Positions 34,362 to 45,647 of a stretch of 64,000 nt of DNA are shown here, piece by piece (position 1 is the first letter of the stretch; the number at the start of each line of letters is the position of its first letter). Origin of the DNA: Candidatus Nomurabacteria bacterium (lineage in GTDB: Bacteria; Patescibacteriota; Minisyncoccia; Phycocordibacterales; UBA9973). Location of the stretch: positions 16,428-80,427 of the forward strand of contig JAPLXU010000013.1 in assembly GCA_026395915.1 (NCBI GenBank). Reading direction: 5' to 3'. The position numbers were made by a program, and so were the translations under genes. The notes under the pieces were generated by a model that did not search any database, was not told the DNA's origin, and worked only from the letters and a program-made list of their open reading frames with translations.

Positions 34362-37300
34362 TTGTTTTGCTTTGGATTTTTGCTTTTGGCTTTAGTGGCT
34401 GTTGCCTTTGTAAAATTTTCTCCGGTATCTGCTACAGTATCATCTACCTCTGCAACCGTTCTCGCCAAATCCGATCTCCTCCAATTCACTTCGCATGGTC
34501 AAGTTATCGGTTTCCAAAACACAGGCTTTATCCTCGCATCTCCCACACACATGCTCAAAATTGATTTTTTAAATTCCAACAACATCACGCCAGTATCAGA
34601 TAGCGCGCCAACCACACCTTCCACTTCTACCACCTTACCTTCCACAACAGAAAAAGCCGCTCCGCTTACAAAAGTTACTTACTCCAATGTTTGGAATGGC
34701 ATAGATATTGTTTATGAAGCCAACAAAGATTCTCTGATGAAAAGCACCTATTATGTTGATATCACAAAGCAAGGAGTTTCTCCAGACAGTATCAAGCTTC
34801 ACTACAACCGTCCTCTTTCTTTGGATAAAAATAAAAGTCTCACAATCAAATATGACATTGGCACAATCACCGAATCAGCTCCTCTCGCTTGGCAAATAAT
34901 AAATAACAAAAAAGTTTTTGTACCAATTTCTTACAAACTTATAAACGAAAATGATATCGGATTTACTCTTGGAGCTTACACTCCAAATATTCCAATAGTC
35001 ATCGATCCCACTTATACATGGAATCCTTTTTTGGGAGGAAGCGGGAGTGATACTGGCCACGGGATTGCGGTAGACGTTAATGGAAACGTTTATGTCAGTG
35101 GTTATAGTAGTTCCACATGGGGTTCACCTGTGCGAGCATATACTGATGGTGGTGATGCCTTTGTAGCAAAACTCAGTAGCACAGGAATTCTTATCTGGAA
35201 CACCTTTTTGGGTGGAAATGGAGAAGATTATGGTTTTGGTGTCGCCGTAGATACAAACGGAAATGTTTATGCTACTGGATACAGTAATGATACATGGGGG
35301 GTAACACCAGTGCGATCATATACTTCAAGCACTGATGCTTTTGTCGTTAAACTTGATAGTGCGGGCGTATTAACTTGGAATACTTTCTTGGGAGGTAGTA
35401 GAGAGGATCAAGGAAATGGAATCGCCGTAGACATCAGCGGAAATGTTTATGTTACCGGAACTACTAGTGGCGCCACTTGGGGTTCACCTGTAAAAGCATA
35501 CCTGTCAACTCAAGATGCTTTTGCCGCTAAAATCAGTAGTGCTGGCGCTCTCACATGGAATACTTTTGTGGGTAGGAGTAGTACTGTTGGTCAAGGAATA
35601 GCAGTTGATACTAGTGGTAATGTTTACATTGCTGGAAGTGTTGGTGGTGGCTCCGGTTTTGCCTCTATTGTTAGAGCATATACCTCATCTAATGATGGCT
35701 TTGTTGTAAAATTCGCAAATAATGGCGCTCTCACGTGGACCTCTTTTTTGGGTGGAAATGGAGGTGATGAAAGTTACGCAATTGCAGTTGACACGATTGG
35801 AAATATTTACGTAACTGGACTCAGCGACACCACTTGGGGTTCACCAGTGCGAGCGTATTATGGTTCTAGTTACGATATTTGGGCAGCTAAGCTAGATACT
35901 AATGGCGCTCTTACGTGGAATACTTTTTTAGGCGATAGTGGTAATGACTATGGCTACGGGATCGCTATCGACATTAATGGAAACGTATATGTCGTTGGAT
36001 ACACTTCAGCCACTTGGGGTTCACCAGTGAGAACATACTCTTCCGGTCTTGATGTCTTCGCCGCTAAACTTGATGGTGTTGGTACTCTTGTATGGAATAC
36101 TTTTTTGGGAGGAAATGAGACCGATGTTGGTTACGGTATCGCTATCGACATTAATGGAAATGTTTATATTGGCGGGGCTGGTCCCACTACCTGGGAATCT
36201 CCAACAATTGCTCATGATTTAGGAGCCAACACAGATGCCTTTGTAGCCAAGTTAACCTCCCTTGGCGCTCTCACCACCATCATCGTTCCCACAATCACTC
36301 CAACAGCAGGAAGTAACGGTGCAATATCTCCAAGTGTTCCAACTGATGTAACAAGCGGTGGCAGCCAATCCTTCACCCTCACCCCATCAGCTCACTACCA
36401 CGTAGCCGATGTATTAGTCGACAGTGTCTCTCAAGGGGCAATAACTTCATACACTTTTTCAAATGTCACAGGAGATCACGCAATCTCTGCCACCTTTGCC
36501 ATAGACACCCAAACAGTTACCTTCAACAAAAACGGTGGTGACACAGAAGCAAGTCCAACAACCAGAACAACTAATTACAATACAACAGTAACACTACCAA
36601 CAGCGCCAACAAAGACAGGTTATACTTTCTCTGGCTGGAACACAGCAGCCAATGGTTCAGGCACTGCATTCATAGGAAGCACTGCAGTTGTTGCAGATGT
36701 TACTGTATATGCTCAATGGACTATTAATAGTTATACTTTGACCTACACCGCCGGCTCTCATGGTTCAATCACAGGCACTTCTCCTCAAACAATCAATTAC
36801 GGTTCAAATGGTTCAGAAGTTACTGCTGTCCCAAATGCTCATTATCACTTTGTAAACTGGTCTGACTCTTCCATTACTAACCCAAGAACAGACACAAACA
36901 TAACTGACAATCTCTCTTTCTCAGCTAACTTTGCCATAACTACCCACACCCTCACTCCATCCTCAGATTCAAACGGTTCAATCAGTCCTTCCACATCAAC
37001 CACAATAAATGACGGTGACTCAGAAACCTTCACCATCATCCCAAACAACGGTTACCGCATCTCTGACATTCAAATAGACGGTATATCTCAAGGAACAATT
37101 GCTTCCTACACTTTCTCAAACGTTACAGATAATCACACTATCTCTGTCACCTTTGCTCGTCGTCCATCCGGTCGTCCCATAATTTCAATAACTCCACCGA
37201 CTCCAGTAGTTGCAACCCCTTCTCCTTCGACAAGCTCAGGACAAGCAACCACTCCGCCTCCTTACACAAATACAACAACAGTTTACAACTTCGGTACAAA

Positions 37301-37514
37301 AACTTTAAAGAATGGTAGCACTGGTGATGCAGTCAAAGAACTTCAAAGATTCTTGAATGCCAAGCTGAATCTTAATCTAACCATTGATGGCAAACTAGGT
37401 CCAAAGACTATTCTTGTCATCAAAGCATGGCAGAAAGCTCATGGTTTAACTCCTGATGGACTTATTGGAGCAAAGACGAAGGAGAGGATGAAAATCGAAG
37501 CGGAAAAATTCTAA
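34362..37514 (+). CDS. Large secreted surface protein: SBBP-type beta-propeller repeats, InlB-B/Listeria-Bacteroides-like repeats, C-terminal peptidoglycan-binding domain
   Basis: Seven WNTFLGG..GIAVD..GNVYV.G repeats, PTKTGYTFSGW, VKELQRFLN..DGKLGPKT; true start uncertain (see finding). Confidence 0.82.
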   Translation: MFCFGFLLLALVAVAFVKFSPVSATVSSTSATVLAKSDLLQFTSHGQVIGFQNTGFILASPTHMLKIDFLNSNNITPVSDSAPTTPSTSTTLPSTTEKAAPLTKVTYSNVWNGIDIVYEANKDSLMKSTYYVDITKQGVSPDSIKLHYNRPLSLDKNKSLTIKYDIGTITESAPLAWQIINNKKVFVPISYKLINENDIGFTLGAYTPNIPIVIDPTYTWNPFLGGSGSDTGHGIAVDVNGNVYVSGYSSSTWGSPVRAYTDGGDAFVAKLSSTGILIWNTFLGGNGEDYGFGVAVDTNGNVYATGYSNDTWGVTPVRSYTSSTDAFVVKLDSAGVLTWNTFLGGSREDQGNGIAVDISGNVYVTGTTSGATWGSPVKAYLSTQDAFAAKISSAGALTWNTFVGRSSTVGQGIAVDTSGNVYIAGSVGGGSGFASIVRAYTSSNDGFVVKFANNGALTWTSFLGGNGGDESYAIAVDTIGNIYVTGLSDTTWGSPVRAYYGSSYDIWAAKLDTNGALTWNTFLGDSGNDYGYGIAIDINGNVYVVGYTSATWGSPVRTYSSGLDVFAAKLDGVGTLVWNTFLGGNETDVGYGIAIDINGNVYIGGAGPTTWESPTIAHDLGANTDAFVAKLTSLGALTTIIVPTITPTAGSNGAISPSVPTDVTSGGSQSFTLTPSAHYHVADVLVDSVSQGAITSYTFSNVTGDHAISATFAIDTQTVTFNKNGGDTEASPTTRTTNYNTTVTLPTAPTKTGYTFSGWNTAANGSGTAFIGSTAVVADVTVYAQWTINSYTLTYTAGSHGSITGTSPQTINYGSNGSEVTAVPNAHYHFVNWSDSSITNPRTDTNITDNLSFSANFAITTHTLTPSSDSNGSISPSTSTTINDGDSETFTIIPNNGYRISDIQIDGISQGTIASYTFSNVTDNHTISVTFARRPSGRPIISITPPTPVVATPSPSTSSGQATTPPPYTNTTTVYNFGTKTLKNGSTGDAVKELQRFLNAKLNLNLTIDGKLGPKTILVIKAWQKAHGLTPDGLIGAKTKERMKIEAEKF

Positions 37515-37565
37515 CTATTACGAAGCCATTGACATATTCTTTCAATATGATATGTTACTGACAAT

Positions 37566-37730
37566 ATGCAAACCATTGACAGAAGTAGCAACGTGTATTT
37601 GCTACCTGTATGGATGAGGGTCGTATTGTCGGTAGGTATTGGTATCATCGCGATCTGTATTGTGATTGGTGCTTGTATCTGTTTCGACTATGCGGCAGAA
37701 CAGTTCTCCTTGTGGTGTGCTCGACATTAG
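37566..37730 (+). CDS. Small hydrophobic protein (54 aa), not in the ORF track
   Basis: MQTIDRSSNVYLLPVWMRVVLSVGIGIIAICIVIGACICFDYAAEQFSLWCARH; TTGACA promoter just upstream. Confidence 0.5.
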   Translation: MQTIDRSSNVYLLPVWMRVVLSVGIGIIAICIVIGACICFDYAAEQFSLWCARH

Positions 37731-37827
37731 GGCAGATAACGAGGAGGAAAAAAGCGCGCTGGCTTGAGGGACAACTCCTTCTTGCTGGCGCTTTTTATTT
37801 GCCTCCTTCGTAATCCCCAATTCGCAT

Positions 37828-37856
37828 TTGACAAAAAAAGAAAAATAGAGTAGGCT
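37828..37856 (+). promoter_or_regulatory. rpoB promoter
   Basis: TTGACA-17 nt-TAGGCT. Confidence 0.6.
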
Positions 37857-37931
37857 GTTTGAGATTCATTGATTGAGTATTGGATGCAATCTCCGTAATT
37901 ATTATAAGCTTTAACAGGCCTTTTTTAATTT

Positions 37932-40900
37932 ATGCATACAATAGCCAAGCGTCCGAAGAAGTATTTTTCTAGATACAAGAAACCTCTCGTCGAATTTCCG
38001 AATTTGATCGAGGCACAATTAAAAAGTTTTAAATGGTTGGTGGAGCAGGGAATCGGAGAAGTGTTCAAGGAATTTTCTCCCATTAGCGATTACTCCACAA
38101 AAAAGTTTCAGCTAGAATTCACTTCTTTCTCTCTTTCTGAATGCAAGTATGATGAAAATAATGCGAAGGTAAATAAACTTTCGTATCAAGGTCTCTTGAA
38201 AGCTCGAGTAAAATTGACGAACAAAGTTTTGGGCACTGTGAAAGAGCAGGAAATTTTCATGTCGGAACTTCCTCTCATGACGAATCACGGAACTTTTATC
38301 ATCAACGGTGTAGAACGCGTTATCGTTCCGCAACTCGCGCGAAGTTTTGGAGTTTTCTTTACAGAATCCGAAAGCAAAGGCAACAGATATTTTGGCGCCA
38401 AGATTATTCCTGCGCGAGGTGTTTGGATTGAGATAGAGTCGGAAGCTGATGGAGCCATTTATATAAGAATAGACAAGAAAAGAAAATTCCCTGCGACAGC
38501 GCTTCTGCGAGCTATGGGTTATGAGAGTAATGAGGATATTTTGAAGGCTTTTTCCACGAATTCTATTTTCGAAGAAACGATAAAAACTTGTTTGGCGAAA
38601 GACGGAGTTAAAAGTCTGAATGATTCGTATGTAGAAATCTACAAACGCTTGAGAGATGGAGATATGGCTACAGCGGAAAACGCAAAAGAATTTATCAATT
38701 CTTTGTTTACACCTGAGCGTTACGATCTTTCTCCTGTCGGCCGTTTCAGATTCAACCAACGTTTCGGGAAGCCTATGGATGAAGTGGCGCTCGCTCGTCG
38801 AACTATTTCCAAAGAAGATTTAGCGACGGTGATTATGAATATCATCACTTTGAATAATACTCCCGACGCAAAGAGCGATGATATAGATCACTTGGGTCAG
38901 AGACGTGTAAGATTTGTCGGCGAAATACTTCAACAGAAAGTTCGCACTGGTATGATGCAGATCAAGAGAAACATTCAAGACAGAATGTCTATTATCGACG
39001 TTGATACTGCGATGCCTATCGCCATTATCAACCAACGTCCGCTTCAAGCTCGAATAAAAGAATTTTTCACCACGAACCAGCTTTCCCAATTTATGGCGCA
39101 AGAAAATGTGCTTTACGAAATAGAACATTTGCGCACTCTTTCGGCTTTGGGACCCGGAGGTCTCACTCGCGAGCGCGCAGGACTCGAAGTCCGCGATGTG
39201 CATCCTTCTCACTATGGAAGAGTTTGTCCTATTCACACTCCTGAAGGTCCGAACATTGGGCTCATTTTGCACCTTTCCACTTACGCTAAAATAAATGATT
39301 TTGGAATTATTGAAACTCCATATGTAAAAGTTTCAAAAGGAAAAATCACCGGCGAAGTAGTTTACTTAAACGCGCTTGAGGAAGAAAAGTACAATATCGC
39401 GCATGCCGGAATTCCTTATGATGAAAGTGGAAGAATCACAGAAGAAAAAGTAGAAGCCAGAATCAAGACAGAGCCGGGTCAAGTTTCCCGCGATGAAGTT
39501 GATTTCATTGACGTCTCTCCCAACCAAGCTTTTTCGATAGCGACTTCAATGATTCCGTTTTTGGAACACAACAATGCAAACAGAGCATTGATGGGAAGCA
39601 ACATGCAGAAGCAGGCAGTGCCTTGCGTGTTGCCCGAAGCTCCTCTTGTCGCCACAGGCATAGAAGAATTAGCGGCTCGCGATGGAGGACGTTTGGTTAT
39701 CGCTGAAGAAGATGGTCTAATCTCTTATTTAGATGCGAAAAAAATAACTATCAAAGGGAAAAAAGAGCAGACTTATCCTCTTGTTAATTTTATGAGGAAT
39801 AACAACTTCGCTGTATTTCATCAGCGTCCGTTGGTGAATGTCGGTGATAAGGTGAAGAAGGGCGATGTGTTGGCGGATACCAGTAGCACAGTAGGTGGGC
39901 AAATTTCTCTAGGGCAAAATATTTTTGTTGCCTTTCTGTCTTGGTCTGGATCAACTTATGAAGATGCAATAGTTGTTTCTGAACGTTTAGTGAAAAAGAG
40001 TAAATTTACGTCGGTCTATGTCGAAGAATTCACTTGCGTTGTTCGTGATACGAAACTCGGACCTGAAATCACTACTCGAGATATACCAAACGTCGGGGAA
40101 CTCAAACTGAAAGATCTAGACGAAGATGGCATTGTTCGCATTGGCGCGGAAGTTAGAGAAAATGATATTTTGGTTGGTAAGATCACTCCAAAAGGTGAGA
40201 CAGAACTTACTCCAGAAGAGCGACTCTTGCGTTCGATTTTTGCCGAGAAGGCGCGAGATGTCAAAGACACATCACTCCGAGTGGAACACGGAAAACGCGG
40301 ACGCATTATTGGTGTGAAGATTTTTTCTCGCGATTTGGGACATACGCTTGAAGCGGGAATCATCAAAAAAATTGTGATTGAAGTGGCTCAGATTAGAAAT
40401 ATTTCGGTTGGAGACAAACTTTCCGGACGACATGGAAACAAAGGAGTTATCTCAAGAATTTTGCCTGAAGAAGATATGCCTTACATGGCAGATGGCACGC
40501 CGGTTGATATTATTTTGTCGCCACTTGGTGTTCCTTCTCGTATGAACTTGGGACAAATATTGGAAATGCATCTTGGTATGGCGGCAAACAGTCTCGGTTA
40601 TCAAGCTATCGTTCCGCCGTTTTTGGGAGCTAAACACGAGGAAATCAGTCAAGAATTGGAAAAAGCCGGATTGCCAGCAAATGGAAAAGTGAAACTTTTT
40701 GACGGACGCACCGGAGAAGCTTTTGAACAAGATGTCGCTGTCGGTTATATGTACATGTTGAAACTTCATCACATGGTGGAAGACAAGATTCACATGCGTT
40801 CTATTGGACCTTATTCTTTAATCACTCAACAGCCTCTCGGCGGAAAAGCTCAAGGCGGTGGACAGAGATTCGGGGAAATGGAAGTCTGGGCGCTCGAAGG

Positions 40901-41102
40901 TTACGGCGCGGCTTATACTTTGCGTGAAATGCTTACTATTAAGTCTGACGATATTCTAGGTCGTTCGCAGACTTTTGATTCTATTATCAAAAATGAAATG
41001 ATTCGACCGCCAAATTCACCAGCTTCGTTCAATGTGCTCCTAAATTACTTGCGAGGGTTGGCGCTTGATGTGAATTTAAAGAAAGGCGTAGACGAGAAAT
41101 AA
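37932..41102 (+). CDS. rpoB: RNA polymerase beta subunit
   Basis: GTFIINGVERV, TPEGPNIGL, GDKLSGRHGNKG, GGQRFGEME. Confidence 0.98.
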   Translation: MHTIAKRPKKYFSRYKKPLVEFPNLIEAQLKSFKWLVEQGIGEVFKEFSPISDYSTKKFQLEFTSFSLSECKYDENNAKVNKLSYQGLLKARVKLTNKVLGTVKEQEIFMSELPLMTNHGTFIINGVERVIVPQLARSFGVFFTESESKGNRYFGAKIIPARGVWIEIESEADGAIYIRIDKKRKFPATALLRAMGYESNEDILKAFSTNSIFEETIKTCLAKDGVKSLNDSYVEIYKRLRDGDMATAENAKEFINSLFTPERYDLSPVGRFRFNQRFGKPMDEVALARRTISKEDLATVIMNIITLNNTPDAKSDDIDHLGQRRVRFVGEILQQKVRTGMMQIKRNIQDRMSIIDVDTAMPIAIINQRPLQARIKEFFTTNQLSQFMAQENVLYEIEHLRTLSALGPGGLTRERAGLEVRDVHPSHYGRVCPIHTPEGPNIGLILHLSTYAKINDFGIIETPYVKVSKGKITGEVVYLNALEEEKYNIAHAGIPYDESGRITEEKVEARIKTEPGQVSRDEVDFIDVSPNQAFSIATSMIPFLEHNNANRALMGSNMQKQAVPCVLPEAPLVATGIEELAARDGGRLVIAEEDGLISYLDAKKITIKGKKEQTYPLVNFMRNNNFAVFHQRPLVNVGDKVKKGDVLADTSSTVGGQISLGQNIFVAFLSWSGSTYEDAIVVSERLVKKSKFTSVYVEEFTCVVRDTKLGPEITTRDIPNVGELKLKDLDEDGIVRIGAEVRENDILVGKITPKGETELTPEERLLRSIFAEKARDVKDTSLRVEHGKRGRIIGVKIFSRDLGHTLEAGIIKKIVIEVAQIRNISVGDKLSGRHGNKGVISRILPEEDMPYMADGTPVDIILSPLGVPSRMNLGQILEMHLGMAANSLGYQAIVPPFLGAKHEEISQELEKAGLPANGKVKLFDGRTGEAFEQDVAVGYMYMLKLHHMVEDKIHMRSIGPYSLITQQPLGGKAQGGGQRFGEMEVWALEGYGAAYTLREMLTIKSDDILGRSQTFDSIIKNEMIRPPNSPASFNVLLNYLRGLALDVNLKKGVDEK

Positions 41103-41105
41103 AAT

Positions 41106-41936
41106 ATGGACAAAAATCAATTGGCTATTTTTGAAAACTTTAAAATAAGAAGGCATTATAACGAGAAAGAAGAAGTCTGGTATTTTTCAGTGGTTGATAT
41201 TATTGGAGCGCTTTTAGATCAGAATGATTTTCAAAAATCTAGAAGTTATTGGAAAAAGCTGGCACAACGACTCAGAGAGGAGGGAAGTCAAGTGGTGACA
41301 AATTGTCACCGGTTGAAAATGGTGGCAGCTGATGGAAAAATGAGAGAAACTGATGTAGCTAGTGTAGAAACTATTTTACGCATTATTCAAACAGTGCCAA
41401 GTAAAAGAGCTGAACCATTTAAGCTCTGGCTGGCGAAAGTTGGTTATGAAAGATTGCAGGAAATGGCTGATCCGGAAAAATCAATAAACAGAGCAAGAGA
41501 AAATTGGCAAAAACATGGACGTAGCAATCAATGGATACAGCAAAGAATGATGGGGCAGGAAATTAGAAACAAGCTCACGGATTATTGGAAAAATAATGAA
41601 GTAAAAGAAAAAAAAGAATATGCCATTTTGACGAATATTATTCACGAAGAATGGAGCGGTGTTTCTGTCCAAAGTCATAAAAAAATGAAGGGGCTAAAAA
41701 CTCAAAACTTGCGCGATCATATGTCCGACGCGGAATTGGTTTTTACCGCTTTGGCTGAATTATCCACCAGACAAATTGCTGAAACGATGGAAACAAAAGG
41801 ATTGGAAGAAAATAAAATTCCAGCAATAAAAGGTGGAAGCATTGCCAAAAATGCGCGAAAATCATTGGAGGCAAAAACTGGAAAGCCAGTGGTAACCGGC
41901 AAAAATTTTTTATTAGCAAGTGAAGTTAAAAAGTAA
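41106..41936 (+). CDS. BRO-N domain protein (phage antirepressor-like)
   Basis: WYFSVVDII, LKMVAADGKMRETD, AEPFKLWLA, NLRDHM. Confidence 0.8.
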   Translation: MDKNQLAIFENFKIRRHYNEKEEVWYFSVVDIIGALLDQNDFQKSRSYWKKLAQRLREEGSQVVTNCHRLKMVAADGKMRETDVASVETILRIIQTVPSKRAEPFKLWLAKVGYERLQEMADPEKSINRARENWQKHGRSNQWIQQRMMGQEIRNKLTDYWKNNEVKEKKEYAILTNIIHEEWSGVSVQSHKKMKGLKTQNLRDHMSDAELVFTALAELSTRQIAETMETKGLEENKIPAIKGGSIAKNARKSLEAKTGKPVVTGKNFLLASEVKK

Positions 41937-41940
41937 ACAT

Positions 41941-44900
41941 ATGAAAACTTTAAACACAACTGAATTTGATTCCATCGGATTGCGTCTCGCTTCGCCAGAG
42001 CAGATACAGGAATGGTCTTTTGGAGAAGTGACCAAACCGGAAACCATAAATTATCGCACGGGAAGGAGCGAACGTGGAGGTCTCTTTGACGAAAAAATAT
42101 TCGGGCCGGAAAAAGACTACGAATGTTACTGTGGAAAGTATCGCCGAATTCGTTACAAGGATATTATTTGCGAAAAATGCGGAGTGGAAGTTACGCGTTC
42201 GATTGTTCGTCGTGAACGCATGGGACATATCGAGCTTTCTACACCGGTATCGCATATTTGGTTCTTGCGTGGAGTGCCTTCTCGCATGAGCATCTTGCTC
42301 AATATCTCCGTGATTGATCTTGAAAAGGTTATTTATTTTGCCGGCTATATAATCACCAAAGTTCATGAGGAAGAAAAACAGTCAATAATCACAGGCTTGG
42401 ACAAAGAATATAAAGCCAAGCTAAAAAATGCGGCTGATGATGACATCAAAGAGAAGCTGAAAAATTTGCTTTCCGTCACCAAAAAAGAAATTGGAGAAAT
42501 CTACGAAGGAAAAGTTTTGAATGAAATTTCTTTCCATCATTATTCTCTGAAATACGGAACTTGTTTTGAAGCGAATATCGGCGCCGAAGCTATTTACTCA
42601 ATTTTCAAAAATCTTGACTTGAATAAATTAAAAGCTCACACCGAAAAAATGTTGGAGAAGGCGAGCGCTGCGGAAAAAGACAAATTACAGAAGAGGCTTT
42701 CTCTCATTCGCGCTATGACTTATGCTGGGATCAGACCGGAATGGATGTTCCTTACGATTATTCCTGTCATTCCTCCAGTTTTGCGTCCGATGGTGGCTCT
42801 CGATGGAGGCAGACATGCTACTTCTGATTTGAACGATCTTTACCGCAGAGTTATAAACAGAAATAATCGTTTGAAAAAATTAAAAGAGATCAACGCGCCG
42901 GACGTAATCTTGCGAAATGAAAAAAGAATCATCCAAGAAGCTGTCGACGCTTTGATTGATAACTCAATCGCGAAACAAAATGATTCTGCGGCGATGAGTC
43001 AATCTCAGAAACGCCCACTAAAATCTCTTTCGGACAATTTGAAATCTAAACAAGGTCTTTTTCGCCAAAATTTGCTCGGAAAAAGAGTAGACTATTCTGG
43101 ACGTTCGGTTATTGTTGTTGGTCCCGAACTCAAACTCAATCAATGCGGTTTGCCGAAGCATATGGCGCTCGAACTTTTCCGACCATTCGTGATTTCAAAA
43201 ATCTTGCAGGCGGAATTGGCGTTTAACATTCGCGGGGCAAATAAGCTCATCGAAGAACGCACCCCCGAAGTTTGGGCGATGCTCGAAGAAGTTATTGCGG
43301 GAAAGTATGTGCTTTTAAACCGCGCGCCGACCTTGCACAGATTGGGTATTCAAGCTTTTAATCCAATTCTGATTGAAGGAAATGCTATTCAAGTGCATCC
43401 TCTTGTTTGTCAGGCTTTTAACGCTGATTTCGATGGAGACCAAATGGCTGTCTATGTTCCTCTTCTCGAAGAAGCGCAGTCTGAAGCGAAAGAATTAATG
43501 GCTGCGAATAAAAATCTGCTCAAACCTCAAAACGGAGAGCCGATCGTAAACCCTCGCATGGACATGGTGCTCGGAAGCTATTGGATGACAAAATCAATGG
43601 AAGGAGAAAAAGGGGAGGGAAAATATTTTTCGCGACCTAATGTGGCTATTAGCGCCTATGAATATGGGATCACTTCTTTGCGCGCGAAAGTAAAAGTCTT
43701 AGCGGATACAGCTAAAGTAAAATACAAGAAATTTGATGGGGGAATTTTTGAAACTTCTGCCGGCAAACTTCTCTTTAATAGTATTTTGCCAGACGATTTT
43801 CCTTACGTGGGCGATGAAATGACTCAGGACAGACTGATTGCGCTTCTCGATGAACTCATAGTGCATTACGGCGTGGACGCTACTCCTAAAATCTTGGACA
43901 AGATAAAGGCGTTTGGTTTCAAATATTCGACAGTTTCTGGCACCACTTGGGGACTCGATAATGTTTCTGTGTCTCTCGACAAGCCAAAAATTATTGCGCA
44001 AGGTAAAAAATTGGAAGAAGAAATTATCTCTCAATGGAGGGAAGGTCTTTTGTCTGAAGAAGAGAAGTATCAAAAAATTATTGAAATTTGGACTCACACA
44101 AAAAAGGATTTGGAAAAAATTCTACCAAAAACATTGGATAAAAAAAGTTCCACTTACGATCTTTTCACTTCGAAAGCTAGAGGCACGATGTCTAGCTTGA
44201 TGCAAATGACAGGCATGATCGGACTTATCCAGAACAACCAAGGCAAGACTTTGGAGTTCCCGATTATTCCTTGTTATCAAGAAGGACTTTCTCCGATCGA
44301 GTATTTCGTCATCACACACGGAGCTCGTAAAGGTGCTTCTGATACCGCGCTCAATACCGCAAAAGCCGGATATTTGACGCGAAGACTGGTTGACGTTGCG
44401 CAGGATGTTGTCATTACGGAAATAGATTGTGGTACAAAAGAAGGAAGAATGGTCAGAAGCGAAGATATTTCCGGAATAAAAATTCCACTTTCAAAAAATA
44501 TTCGTGGACGAGTTTTGGCAGCCGATCTAAAAGACAAGGACGGCAAAGTGGTTTACAAAAAAGGATTTTTGGTCACCAAAGAAGAAGCTTACAATATCGA
44601 AGGCGCTGGTTTCACAGAAGTTTTTGTCCGTTCTCCACTAACCTGTGAGACTATTCACGGCCTCTGCGTCAATTGTTACGGACTTGATTTGGGACGCAAT
44701 CATCTTGTCGAGCTCGGTGAAGCAGTCGGTATCATTGCCGCTCAAGCTATCGGCGAACCGGGTACTCAGCTTACTCTTCGCACGTTCCATGCTGGAGGCG
44801 TGGCGGGAACTGATATCACGACTGGTTTGCCTCGCGTTGAAGAAATATTTGAAAGAAGAGTTCCCAAAAATCCTGCTATTATTTCTGAGACAGACGGAGA

Positions 44901-45579
44901 AGTTGTTGAGATAAAAGTCAAAGATGAGAAAGAGAAAATCATCAAAGTATTGTCCGATATTAAAGCCGACGGGAAAGGGGGTGATAAGAAAAATGAAATG
45001 GAATATATTGTGGCTTTTCATCGAACGCCGACAGTTAAAGTTGGCGACCACGTGAAAGCGGGCGACCTTTTGACTGACGGATCGGCTGATATTGCTGAGA
45101 TCTTCAAATTCGGTGGCAAGGAATTGGTTGAAAGATATATCATTCGAGAAATAAATAAAGTTTACGAATTGCAGAGCGCTTCGATTAGCAGAAAGCACAC
45201 GGAAATAATCATCCGCCAGATGTTCTCACGTCGAAAAATAAAAGATGCGGGTATCACCAATTTTTCGATTGGTGATATTGTTGAGAATACTGCATTTATA
45301 GAGGAAAATCAAAGAGTTGCTGGGTTAGATAAAAAAATAACTGAAGATGAAATTGGAGGACAGGCAAAAGCAGAAACAGTTGTACTCGGCATTACCGAAG
45401 TCTCGCTTCGTACAAAGAGCTGGCTCTCTGCCGCTTCGTTCCAAAACACAAATCGTGTTCTTATTGAAAACGCAATAAAAGGGGGAGTAGACGACCTACG
45501 AGGATTGAAAGAAAATGTCATAATCGGGCGACTCATTCCGGCCGGAACTGGGTTTAAAAATAAGATAAAGGCTGAATAA
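41941..45579 (+). CDS. rpoC: RNA polymerase beta' subunit
   Basis: [43 protein letters not shown]. Confidence 0.98.
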   Translation: MKTLNTTEFDSIGLRLASPEQIQEWSFGEVTKPETINYRTGRSERGGLFDEKIFGPEKDYECYCGKYRRIRYKDIICEKCGVEVTRSIVRRERMGHIELSTPVSHIWFLRGVPSRMSILLNISVIDLEKVIYFAGYIITKVHEEEKQSIITGLDKEYKAKLKNAADDDIKEKLKNLLSVTKKEIGEIYEGKVLNEISFHHYSLKYGTCFEANIGAEAIYSIFKNLDLNKLKAHTEKMLEKASAAEKDKLQKRLSLIRAMTYAGIRPEWMFLTIIPVIPPVLRPMVALDGGRHATSDLNDLYRRVINRNNRLKKLKEINAPDVILRNEKRIIQEAVDALIDNSIAKQNDSAAMSQSQKRPLKSLSDNLKSKQGLFRQNLLGKRVDYSGRSVIVVGPELKLNQCGLPKHMALELFRPFVISKILQAELAFNIRGANKLIEERTPEVWAMLEEVIAGKYVLLNRAPTLHRLGIQAFNPILIEGNAIQVHPLVCQAFNADFDGDQMAVYVPLLEEAQSEAKELMAANKNLLKPQNGEPIVNPRMDMVLGSYWMTKSMEGEKGEGKYFSRPNVAISAYEYGITSLRAKVKVLADTAKVKYKKFDGGIFETSAGKLLFNSILPDDFPYVGDEMTQDRLIALLDELIVHYGVDATPKILDKIKAFGFKYSTVSGTTWGLDNVSVSLDKPKIIAQGKKLEEEIISQWREGLLSEEEKYQKIIEIWTHTKKDLEKILPKTLDKKSSTYDLFTSKARGTMSSLMQMTGMIGLIQNNQGKTLEFPIIPCYQEGLSPIEYFVITHGARKGASDTALNTAKAGYLTRRLVDVAQDVVITEIDCGTKEGRMVRSEDISGIKIPLSKNIRGRVLAADLKDKDGKVVYKKGFLVTKEEAYNIEGAGFTEVFVRSPLTCETIHGLCVNCYGLDLGRNHLVELGEAVGIIAAQAIGEPGTQLTLRTFHAGGVAGTDITTGLPRVEEIFERRVPKNPAIISETDGEVVEIKVKDEKEKIIKVLSDIKADGKGGDKKNEMEYIVAFHRTPTVKVGDHVKAGDLLTDGSADIAEIFKFGGKELVERYIIREINKVYELQSASISRKHTEIIIRQMFSRRKIKDAGITNFSIGDIVENTAFIEENQRVAGLDKKITEDEIGGQAKAETVVLGITEVSLRTKSWLSAASFQNTNRVLIENAIKGGVDDLRGLKENVIIGRLIPAGTGFKNKIKAE

Positions 45580-45580
45580 A

Positions 45581-45605
45581 TTTATCAAGGTGAGTCCTTG
45601 ATAAA
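45581..45605. repeat. REP-like hairpin between rpoC and the MazF-like gene
   Basis: tttatcaagg-tgagt-ccttgataaa; CAAGG-N5-CCTTG core as in the RAYT2 REPs. Confidence 0.7.
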
Positions 45606-45647
45606 GTAAAAGTAGTGGTGAAGGTTGAAAAGGGGAAATGGATATTT

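Noticed and set aside
35015-36265. Periodic repeats such as cacttggggttcacc and tggaatacttt as a possible array
   Set aside because: They are the coding repeats of the beta-propeller blades and vary at synonymous positions
37602-37820. ORF-track calls 37602..37820 (-) and 37610..37813 (+)
   Set aside because: Both run through the hairpin and lack protein-like features; the 37566..37730 frame fits the promoter better
45615-45647. Upstream extension or short peptide as a MazE-like antitoxin
   Set aside because: Only 68 nt separate rpoC from the ATG at 45648, partly occupied by a REP-like hairpin, so no antitoxin ORF fits
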